This document shows, piece after piece, positions 7,833 through 15,415 of a stretch of 20,000 bases of DNA. The notes beneath the pieces were generated by a model. That model did no database searches and was not told where the DNA came from. It saw nothing but the letters and a program-made list of their open reading frames with translations. Origin of the DNA: an uncultured virus (IMG/VR IMGVR_UViG_3300025896_000027). Its lineage: Duplodnaviria; Heunggongvirae; Uroviricota; Caudoviricetes; Schitoviridae. The DNA is taken from the IMG/VR virus record IMGVR_UViG_3300025896_000027. One strand, given 5' to 3'. The first letter of the stretch is position 1. Each line of letters begins with the position of its first letter. The position numbers were made by a program, and so were the translations under genes.

Positions 7833-9290
7833 ATGCCAGATTACAACGCAATTCTTTCTGGGGGCGGTCTTCGCCCAGATACGGTCGTTGACCTCTCCAA
7901 AGTCGTCGGCCAAACGTGGACAGACGGCACAAGTTTCGCCGTGCCGACGGAGGCAGATCAGTTTCTGTCCAACCAACCTGCGGTGCTGGGGATCGTGGAG
8001 ATCCTAAAGTCCAACGCGACCCCGGTCACGGTTACTGATCGCTTTTTCGGCGGTCACGTGAACCCAGACGGATCGGCTCTGGACAAGTACCCTGCGAAGA
8101 TCAAATATCTACGCAGTGTTGACTTCGATCCTGCTGACACCGGGGTGTTCGTCTGGCGTGATATTCAGCCAACAGGCAGTGGTCCTGGTGATGGCGGTCC
8201 CTTTGTGTGGGATGTCGTTGATCGGTACTTGCAGGTCTGCAAGGATCGTGACTTGATCCCGTACATCTGCCTGCATTGCCCGCCTGACTGGGCCGTGGCG
8301 AGCCAAGATTGGGCGCAGGGGGAAGTCATCGGTACCGTCGGCGTCGTTCGTAAACGTGGGTCGTACTACTACACCGCGATCACAACCGGAACTTGTGGAG
8401 CTACCTCGCCGACACACACAGGTGTGTCACCTAGTCCCATTGACGCGTCTGATGGTGGTGTTACTTGGCGTTCGGCTGCTCTGGCTCAGTCTGGTTATGG
8501 CGGCAAGGCCAACCTGCCGTCCACGTTCTCGTCGGACCTGTATATCTACGCGCTTGCAGTCGCTGATCGGGTGAAGAACGTCCACGGCATTACCGAGGCT
8601 GTTTTCGAGCCACTGAACGAAGTGAACCTGCTTGTGCACTGGGCAGGTACAGACGCACAGATGGCAGAGGCTGTACGGCAGGTCTACAACGCAGTCGCCC
8701 CACTTGGCTTCCAAGTCCACGCCCCGAATCTCTGGTTCGGTGGGTCTGTCACGGATGCAGAGTACACAACCATCGTTGACAACTACATCACTATGCTGAA
8801 CACGGTGGTGGTGGGTAATGCGATGTGGAAGTATTGCCAAGGCTTTGGCATCCATACCTACAGTCTGACGCCCGCGAACGTGCGCGACCTGCACCGGGGT
8901 GTGCTGCTGTTGAAATCCCGTATCAACAGTGCGCTGATAGGCAACAACACCCTGGGCACCAGCCGCAACGCCATGCCGATCTTCGACAATGAGCACGGAA
9001 CGAACGGTTGCCCCTGCAAGGCTGCTGCAATCATGCAGCGTTTGGTGATCTTGGCGGGCCTACGCATCAACGCCAGCTTCTACTACGCCATCAATTCGAC
9101 AGATGGTACTGGGCCGAGTCTGGGCCTGGGCAAGTACACCGCCGACTGGAACCGTATCCAGGAGATCCTGCTCAGTGGCCCACTGACGGTGGTCAACATC
9201 CTGCCAAACGGCTCGGTGGCATTCGTGGTCGGCGGCAAGCAGTACCGCATTGATTGGGTTGAAGATAACCCACTTGTTGCATTGACTTAA
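7833..9290 (+). CDS. Clan GH-A glycoside hydrolase (GH39/GH5-like TIM barrel), putative polysaccharide depolymerase
   Basis: 485 aa. Motifs in the order expected for clan GH-A: WRDIQP...FVWDVVDRYL...PPDWA, FEPLNEVN (acid/base Glu, codon 8619-8621), GFGIHTY, PIFDNEHG (nucleophile Glu, codon 8991-8993). Confidence 0.75.
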   Translation: MPDYNAILSGGGLRPDTVVDLSKVVGQTWTDGTSFAVPTEADQFLSNQPAVLGIVEILKSNATPVTVTDRFFGGHVNPDGSALDKYPAKIKYLRSVDFDPADTGVFVWRDIQPTGSGPGDGGPFVWDVVDRYLQVCKDRDLIPYICLHCPPDWAVASQDWAQGEVIGTVGVVRKRGSYYYTAITTGTCGATSPTHTGVSPSPIDASDGGVTWRSAALAQSGYGGKANLPSTFSSDLYIYALAVADRVKNVHGITEAVFEPLNEVNLLVHWAGTDAQMAEAVRQVYNAVAPLGFQVHAPNLWFGGSVTDAEYTTIVDNYITMLNTVVVGNAMWKYCQGFGIHTYSLTPANVRDLHRGVLLLKSRINSALIGNNTLGTSRNAMPIFDNEHGTNGCPCKAAAIMQRLVILAGLRINASFYYAINSTDGTGPSLGLGKYTADWNRIQEILLSGPLTVVNILPNGSVAFVVGGKQYRIDWVEDNPLVALT

Positions 9291-9485
9291 GTAGCCCACC
9301 CAGGCCACATGATTCAAGCACTCACCTGAAAGCCCAACCATGGAACTCTCACTCTCCACCGCCATCGGCCGCAACACCCTGCACTTGGGTCTGACGGGCT
9401 CATCTTAAGTCGTGGCCGGACCCACTGCCGCCTATGAGCAGGGGGCCGTCCTACCAGTAATGCAATACACATGGCTTGCCATGTT

Positions 9486-11488
9486 GAGGTACCCATATGC
9501 CCGTTATTCGTATCGATAAAAAACTGAACCAGCCTGGTAGTCATGGTTCAGATGTGCTCCCTATCAGTGAGTGCCTAAAGGATCTGACAGGCACCATCAA
9601 TCAGCGAGATCAGCTTGAAGCAGCAATGGTTATGTGTGCCTCTACGGGCGACACATTGCTGATTGATGTTCCTGTCTTGGTCGATACGACTGTGCTTGAA
9701 GAGATCTGGGTTCCTACTGGCTTGACTATGGAGTGGGCACCGAAGGGGGAGATTCGCATTCGCAACAACTATCGCCCTGGGATTGTCTTTCTCAACACCA
9801 AGGTGAAACTGCAACAGCCAAAATTTGTGTACATTGGTCCAGGTCTGGATGCTGGCATCAGCCCTCTGGCTGGAGAGCCTTTGGCTACGACAATGGCAGT
9901 CAACGTGCGACTGAAAAACCGCTTGGCCAGTCAGTACAACGTGACGTTCAACGACAATATGGATCCGATGTGGTATGGCCCCAACGTTTTCCACGCCACA
10001 ATTTTGTTGTTGGGTGCGACAGAGATTGACTTCAGTGGTGATTTCAGCGTTCACGCGCCCGCCGGTGTGGCTGCATCTACTTTCTGCCCTTACGGCATCA
10101 CAGCCAAGGGGCAATGGAAAACGAATTCGGTCATTGGGGCCGGGGCCGATATAACTTTGGTAGATTGGCCGATCCTTCGTGGTGACCGCATCTCCTTTGA
10201 TGGGGTGCTGATGGGCATTCAAGGCTCACTCAAACACCTCAAACTCAAAGAGCTGCACTCCAAGCGTTACAGCGACATGATGGGAGCCAATGGAACCAAC
10301 ATGGGCGGTGTTTCTTTATTCTATCCACCCCCTCATTTGATTTACTTAAATGATGGCACTGGCTTGGTTCAGATCGATAACGTCAAGGATGAGGGTGTGT
10401 GGGTAACGACACATGCAGATCCTTCGGTGCGTCGGTCTTCTGCAAGTGGTAACTGCAACTCTTTGAAATTCATGGCAGGCCCAGGCTCCTACATAGGGCA
10501 TGTGCACTGCCTTCGTCCAGACGGCATGATGGACGCCATTGGCGGTGTTACGACCTCAGGTTTCACCATCAATAGCTTTTACGCCGAATACAACAGCAAC
10601 CTCTCCGATGGTTTGTTCCCTTGTGTACGTTGGCCTAATGGCCCATACGTTGGAACAAAGCTGCTGAGTGGCAAGATCGTTGATACGGCTGCTAAGACCA
10701 AAGCTAGGCCTATTGGTTTCAACACGAATGTTAGCAATCGTCGTGTGACGATCAAGAATGTGGAGTACGTGCTCAATGATATTGAACCTAACTACTCTCA
10801 AAGCACCTGGCTTGCCGGAGCTGAGCATGACATTGATGTGACCTTTCGCATCCTGGCTCACACTGCTACAGATGAGTACAAGGGGGTTATCGTTGTTGAA
10901 GGAGGCTCTGCTAACAGTCCAATTGCATCCAGACTGAAAGCCACTGTCATTGGTTGGCGTAACTGGTTTTCGAACTTGAATCTCCGAAATCGGATGATCA
11001 TCAATGGCACGATTAGCGGCAGTACTGCTGGTGCTACTACGGCTGAGATTAACGACCTCACCAATGGCTATACGGTAAAGCAAGACGGCGGATTCAGGCG
11101 TGAACGCTGGACCATGAAGGGTATTGCATCAGCACCTAATGGTGCCTCTGTTGCCCTGACTGCTGTCAAGATCCCTGCTAACTGGACGGTGGTTGAGACT
11201 GCTGTGGCTACGAAGACGGCTCTAGGTGCTACGACAGGATGCACGGGCTATACCGTAGGCTGGTCTGGAACTCCTGCAGGCATTGGCACTGTGGTGGGTG
11301 TGACAACCGCTGGCCGTATCGTCAATAAGACTGAGGTTACTTCTGCTGGTTCAGATCGAGCCATTGTTATCACCCCTACGGGTGGTAACTTCGATGGCAC
11401 TGGTTTGATAGAAGTTAACATCACCTGTGAAAACATTGTGTTTGGCGAATAAACTCGCACCATATCCATAGAGGTACCTATATGCCCG
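9486..11488 (+). repeat. 18-bp near-perfect direct repeat at two consecutive gene starts (9486-9503 and 11471-11488)
   Basis: GAGGTACCCATATGCCCG vs GAGGTACCTATATGCCCG, 17 of 18 identical. Each copy spans SD, spacer, ATG and the following codon. Confidence 0.85.
9497..11452 (+). CDS. Putative tailspike-like (right-handed beta-helix) protein
   Basis: 651 aa with SD GAGGT. An N-terminal capping pattern (QLEAAMVMCASTGDTLLIDVPV) is followed by long Gly/Asn-rich beta-strand runs and a ~100-aa Thr/Gly-rich C-terminal beta domain. Fold is inferred from composition and context. Confidence 0.6.
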   Translation: MPVIRIDKKLNQPGSHGSDVLPISECLKDLTGTINQRDQLEAAMVMCASTGDTLLIDVPVLVDTTVLEEIWVPTGLTMEWAPKGEIRIRNNYRPGIVFLNTKVKLQQPKFVYIGPGLDAGISPLAGEPLATTMAVNVRLKNRLASQYNVTFNDNMDPMWYGPNVFHATILLLGATEIDFSGDFSVHAPAGVAASTFCPYGITAKGQWKTNSVIGAGADITLVDWPILRGDRISFDGVLMGIQGSLKHLKLKELHSKRYSDMMGANGTNMGGVSLFYPPPHLIYLNDGTGLVQIDNVKDEGVWVTTHADPSVRRSSASGNCNSLKFMAGPGSYIGHVHCLRPDGMMDAIGGVTTSGFTINSFYAEYNSNLSDGLFPCVRWPNGPYVGTKLLSGKIVDTAAKTKARPIGFNTNVSNRRVTIKNVEYVLNDIEPNYSQSTWLAGAEHDIDVTFRILAHTATDEYKGVIVVEGGSANSPIASRLKATVIGWRNWFSNLNLRNRMIINGTISGSTAGATTAEINDLTNGYTVKQDGGFRRERWTMKGIASAPNGASVALTAVKIPANWTVVETAVATKTALGATTGCTGYTVGWSGTPAGIGTVVGVTTAGRIVNKTEVTSAGSDRAIVITPTGGNFDGTGLIEVNITCENIVFGE

Positions 11489-11757
11489 CAAACGATTTCC
11501 TCACTCGCTTGAAGAGTGATCTCGCCGGTCCTTCTGCAAGCTTTGAAGCAGTTGTCCCACACAACACAACCAACCTCACTGTTCCTACTCGTGGTTTGTT
11601 CATTGGGGTTGCTGGGAATGTCTCGGTTGTTCCATTGGCTTCACCAAGCACATCAGTGGTTTTCAAGAATGTGGCTGCAGGAAGTGTTCTTCCTGTGGCT
11701 GCTCTTCGTGTCAATGCAACCGGAACAACTGCCACGGATATCGTGGCGTTGTACTAA
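11482..11757 (+). CDS. Head-spike base protein, RcGTA Rcc01079-like family
   Basis: 91 aa matching the recalled family pattern: GPSASFEAVVP...PTRGLFIGVAGNVSV...VVFKNVAAGSVLPVAALRVNATGTTATDIVALY. Confidence 0.85.
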   Translation: MPANDFLTRLKSDLAGPSASFEAVVPHNTTNLTVPTRGLFIGVAGNVSVVPLASPSTSVVFKNVAAGSVLPVAALRVNATGTTATDIVALY

Positions 11758-11759
11758 TC

Positions 11760-13130
11760 ATGGCAATGGGTATCTCAATTGGGCTTAGCTTCACAGCCAT
11801 CGCTGCCGCTGCGGGGGCGGGTGGGGGTCCGCCTGTCACGATCACGGCAACCGGGACCGAGTTCCTGGCCGCTGCGTCCGCGTCGTATCGGGTCACGGCT
11901 GGGAAACTGTATTTGCAAGCCTCGGTGGGCGCAAACTTCTCGGCGTTCACGTTCTTGGTCAAGGGTTCTGATGCCTCCCTGACCATGCAGAACGATGCGG
12001 CGTACTATGACGGAGCCGTGGTGGTTTCTGTTGATGGTGGGGCGTACAGCGTTGCCGCCAATACGGGAGCCGTCTACACCCTGTTCTCCGGCTTGACAGA
12101 CGCATGGCACAAGGTCTCGATCAAAACTGGTGGCATCTGGGGTGCCAACAATCTCCACTTGGTCCCGGCTGCTGCGGTGTTGTCTGTCACGGGTGTTGGT
12201 GCTGGATGGCTGGCACCTAACGCTTGGCTGCATTCTGGCGATGTCAACGCCCTTATCCACACGACCGGCGCGTTGACCGACAACGTGACTGACTACGTGC
12301 CAGCTAAAGCATTGGGCGAGCCCGTCGCATCAACATCAAACGTAGGAACAATTCGATTCCGCTCGGCAGCTACCAAGTTGTTCTTGTTCGCTACAAGTTC
12401 TTTCTCCACAGCTTACGTTTTCTACTCCCGCAATGGCGGAACTCCGGTGCGTATTGCTGTGCCGGGGAACGGTACTGTGGTGGAAGGGTTCGACGGTACA
12501 GCAGCCACCTACAACGTGTGGTCGAACTCAGGTCGGTTCCTCTCTGTTGGCTCTGACGCTGCAATTGTCGATGTCGGCACCAAAAAACGGATGGACCAGT
12601 TCGGTGATTCGATCACCGCAGGTGATTCTGGCGCTGGTGCGGCTGATCAAAATCGGGGGGATGTGGACACGCTCGGTGTTGCCTCCGCCCTGGGCTTTGC
12701 AGGGGCGACTTATGGCCTCAGCGGTCAGACCATTGCAACACTCAAAACCAACATCGTCACCACACTGGCAGCGCTCCCGGCGGCTGGTTCTTTGGATGTG
12801 GCAGTTCTTGCTATTGGGCGCAACAACCTAGTCGATAGCATGGATGCCACCGAACAATCGGACTTCAACATCATTGTTGATGCACTGGTTGCCAAGGGGT
12901 ATGGCCGGGTTATCTGTCGCGGGGTGCTGCCAGAGGCTTTCCCGTTCACGGCATTTAATTCAGTGATGGAGGGCTTGGTCACTGCGCGTGCTGACTCCAA
13001 GGTGGTCTACGTCAACACGAACTCGTGGGCAGGCATCGCAACCGGCGATGGCACTCACCCAACCATCGCAGGCTACGCAACGATCCGAGGCTACGCCATC
13101 CCAGCCTACACGCCGCACATCCCATCATGA
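11760..13130 (+). CDS. Putative head fibre with C-terminal SGNH/GDSL hydrolase (esterase) domain
   Basis: 456 aa starting 2 nt after the spike-base stop. N-terminus MAMGISIGLSF followed by an Ala/Gly linker. SGNH blocks: I FGDSIT (Ser codon 12609-12611), II GLSG, III GRNN, V DGTHP. Confidence 0.82.
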   Translation: MAMGISIGLSFTAIAAAAGAGGGPPVTITATGTEFLAAASASYRVTAGKLYLQASVGANFSAFTFLVKGSDASLTMQNDAAYYDGAVVVSVDGGAYSVAANTGAVYTLFSGLTDAWHKVSIKTGGIWGANNLHLVPAAAVLSVTGVGAGWLAPNAWLHSGDVNALIHTTGALTDNVTDYVPAKALGEPVASTSNVGTIRFRSAATKLFLFATSSFSTAYVFYSRNGGTPVRIAVPGNGTVVEGFDGTAATYNVWSNSGRFLSVGSDAAIVDVGTKKRMDQFGDSITAGDSGAGAADQNRGDVDTLGVASALGFAGATYGLSGQTIATLKTNIVTTLAALPAAGSLDVAVLAIGRNNLVDSMDATEQSDFNIIVDALVAKGYGRVICRGVLPEAFPFTAFNSVMEGLVTARADSKVVYVNTNSWAGIATGDGTHPTIAGYATIRGYAIPAYTPHIPS

Positions 13131-13462
13131 CCCGCCACCTCCCCACCCTAGCCCTGGCCTGCGCTGTGATGAGTGTGCAGGCTGCACCGTGTCTGCCAAG
13201 GCAGCTTGGCGGCACAGGTACGGCTGCCCTTGTGGCATCACCTCCTGCTGGGACGTTCGCTGCATGGCGGTGCGGTTCTCAGACGGTTGTGGTGGCCTGC
13301 GTCACGCGAGAGTGCGGGCTTGTCGGTGCAAAGCGTGCCGTGGCTGCTTGGATGTCCAATCCAGATCCATCAAAGCTGACGTTCGGTAAGGATCCTCATA
13401 CCGATCCAGCTTTGATGGCTGTATGGAAGCCATATGAAACACAGATCAAGGCTCTCAAATGA
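13127..13462 (+). CDS. Small Cys-containing protein with Sec-type signal peptide (111 aa)
   Basis: ATGA overlap with the SGNH gene stop. MTRHLPTLALACAVMSVQA-AP resembles a signal peptide with a V-Q-A cleavage site, and the mature part has 4 Cys. Confidence 0.65.
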   Translation: MTRHLPTLALACAVMSVQAAPCLPRQLGGTGTAALVASPPAGTFAAWRCGSQTVVVACVTRECGLVGAKRAVAAWMSNPDPSKLTFGKDPHTDPALMAVWKPYETQIKALK

Positions 13463-13647
13463 AACAGATCAATCCTGATCTGGAGCAAATGCTCCGTCCT
13501 ATGCCAGTATCAGACGCATTCCGACAAAAGATTGCAGATGAGGTCTGGAAAGGACAACAAGCTCTTTATGAAGCTGGCTTGCTTGACCGATATTGCCGAT
13601 GGATCCCCAAGCCAACAGAGATTCCTAAGGCAGCATCACCAATCTGA
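13459..13647 (+). CDS. Hypothetical protein (62 aa)
   Basis: ATGA overlap with the upstream gene and an AAGG SD-like element. No recognised motif. Confidence 0.55.
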   Translation: MKQINPDLEQMLRPMPVSDAFRQKIADEVWKGQQALYEAGLLDRYCRWIPKPTEIPKAASPI

Positions 13648-13692
13648 TTCTGTAATGTGGCCTAATAGAGTCTCCACACAAAAAGAGTAGTT

Positions 13693-14100
13693 ATGGCAGA
13701 TTTCGCTACACCCGCAGCCGTACTTGCATCAGGAGTTTCATACTCCGTTGCTGTTGGGATTGGTATTCCAGAGTCCTTGGCTTTGCCCGTAGCTATTGCT
13801 GCTGCTGGTGGAGCTTCTTGGGCAATGTCCAACCGTGAACGTGTCAATGGCTGGCATGTCCTTGGGATCCTTGCTGCTTTGTCAGCTTGGGTATTCTCTT
13901 GGCTCTTCGGAGTCTTGTTCGGACACATTGCAGGAGCTGTGATCTTCTGGCTTCTGCCTGTAGAAGCCCGTGTGATCTTGCCTCATGGGGCAATTTCTGT
14001 CGGATGTGCTTTGGTACTTTCAGGCGTGGGCATCAGCCACATCCTGCCTTGGGCAATGAAGCAATTGCCTAGCCGTACAAACGGTAATGGGGGCCAGTGA
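13693..14100 (+). CDS. Multi-pass membrane protein, holin/antiholin candidate
   Basis: 135 aa with 3-4 hydrophobic segments; first gene of the lysis cassette. Confidence 0.65.
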   Translation: MADFATPAAVLASGVSYSVAVGIGIPESLALPVAIAAAGGASWAMSNRERVNGWHVLGILAALSAWVFSWLFGVLFGHIAGAVIFWLLPVEARVILPHGAISVGCALVLSGVGISHILPWAMKQLPSRTNGNGGQ

Positions 14101-14426
14101 TGACTCTATCAACTGTATTGATCTGTGCTCAAGGAATGGTTGGTATCTCTATTGTTGCAGGCACTGCTGTGCTTGTAGCCATGGCGATTGACAAGCATTC
14201 CCCTTGGTTCCACCGAGCTGCTTTAACTGGTTTGGCTGTTTTGGGAATGTGGTTCACCTGGCTGGCTTTCAATAACCAGCCGGACAGTCCACCAGCCATA
14301 GCCTTTGGGGCTTGCCTGGCCTATGTGCTGTTGAGATATGGCAAGCAGTTAAGCCGCTTCCTTGATGGTGAACCTTGGTTTATCAAGACACGCAATCCTT
14401 CAGAGAAAGCCACTGATGTTTCGTAA
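14097..14426 (+). CDS. Membrane protein, holin candidate
   Basis: 109 aa (GTG at 14097 or ATG at 14100) with three hydrophobic segments and a charged C-terminal tail; overlaps the endolysin start. Confidence 0.65.
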   Translation: MMTLSTVLICAQGMVGISIVAGTAVLVAMAIDKHSPWFHRAALTGLAVLGMWFTWLAFNNQPDSPPAIAFGACLAYVLLRYGKQLSRFLDGEPWFIKTRNPSEKATDVS

Positions 14427-14889
14427 TTTCACCTTCAAAGAGTTCACTCATTCAGCTAGGGCTCAAGAACTAAAGATTGATAACTCCCTTCCAGAAGAAC
14501 TGGAAGAAGAGGCGATGAACACCTTGGAAATGGCACAAGCCATTCGAGATCATCTCTCTGCCGTTAAAGGCAAAGACATCCCAGTTGTCATTACCAGTGG
14601 GTACCGCTGTCCTAAGCTCAACACAGCTACAGGGGGTGAGAAGACTTCAGATCATCCCAAAGCCATGGCTTTAGACTTCCGAGCACCTGCCTTTGGAACG
14701 CCCATGGAGGTCGCTAAAGAGCTTTCCAAGCATGTGGATGCCCTGGGTATTGGGCAACTCATCAACGAGTATCCTGAGCGTGGTATGGAAGGCTGGGTAC
14801 ATGTCTCTACACGCAAGCCTGCCAGAGCAGTCAATCGTGTGATTACGATCTCCAAGGCAGGTAAATTCGTAGGGATTCGTAAAGCATGA
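14416..14889 (+). CDS. Endolysin, peptidase M15 (Zn D-Ala-D-Ala carboxypeptidase-like)
   Basis: Probable start ATG 14416 (MFRNFTFKEFTHS). M15-type motifs ITSGYRCPKLN, GG..TSDH.KAMALDF, QLINEY and WVHVS. Confidence 0.9.
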   Translation: MFRNFTFKEFTHSARAQELKIDNSLPEELEEEAMNTLEMAQAIRDHLSAVKGKDIPVVITSGYRCPKLNTATGGEKTSDHPKAMALDFRAPAFGTPMEVAKELSKHVDALGIGQLINEYPERGMEGWVHVSTRKPARAVNRVITISKAGKFVGIRKA

Positions 14890-14933
14890 ATCCCATTGCC
14901 TTTTACATGTGGCTGTCATCGCTTAAAGGATGA
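14886..14933 (+). CDS. 15-aa mini-ORF (MNPIAFYMWLSSLKG) bridging endolysin and Rz
   Basis: Begins in an ATGA overlap with the endolysin stop and ends in an ATGA overlap with the first Rz ATG, filling the intergenic gap exactly. Confidence 0.4.
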   Translation: MNPIAFYMWLSSLKG

Positions 14934-15415
14934 ACATGATCGCACTCACTACGAACGTGAAGCTGATCATTGCTGGTTTGGTCCTGGCTTCTACAGCAGG
15001 GCTAACCTACAAGATCACGGCATGGAGATACGATGCACGCATCTCCAAAATGGTATTGGAAGCTGCCCAGGCTGAAGCCAAGGCAGTGGAAAAAGTACGT
15101 GGCGAGGAACGCCAACTGAATGACCGTCAAGCAAAGGCACTCAATGATGCACTTCAACTCAATGCGAAGCTCATGGCTTCTGGGAACGCTGCTCGTGCTG
15201 AGCTTAGTCGGATGTGGAACACCAGCAAAGAAGCAGAACGCCGATTTGCCAGTGCTACCCAAGCCGCCCAGCTTGAGTACGTCGCTACCCTCGGTGGAGT
15301 ACACCGAGAGTGTGCAGATCGATATACAGAAATGGGACTCAAAGCTCAAGGGCACGCAAATGATGTCCGAACCCTCCTTGACTCCTGGCCAGTCTGGAGA
15401 GAGCCAGTCAAGTAA
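14930..15415 (+). CDS. Rz-like inner-membrane spanin (i-spanin)
   Basis: N-terminal TM (LIIAGLVLASTAGLTY) followed by an Ala/Glu/Lys coiled-coil. Lies after the endolysin and contains an out-of-frame lipoprotein gene. Start may be 14936, where SD AAAGGA is better spaced. Confidence 0.85.
   Translation: MNMIALTTNVKLIIAGLVLASTAGLTYKITAWRYDARISKMVLEAAQAEAKAVEKVRGEERQLNDRQAKALNDALQLNAKLMASGNAARAELSRMWNTSKEAERRFASATQAAQLEYVATLGGVHRECADRYTEMGLKAQGHANDVRTLLDSWPVWREPVK

Noticed and set aside
5800..9480. Diversity-generating retroelement or invertase-based tail fibre switching
   Set aside because: No reverse transcriptase, recombinase, template/variable repeat pair or inverted crossover sites were seen in the window.
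14097..14102. GTG-ATG tandem start as a lambda S-like holin/antiholin dual start
   Set aside because: No charged residue lies between the two starts; it is explained by overlap with the upstream stop codon.
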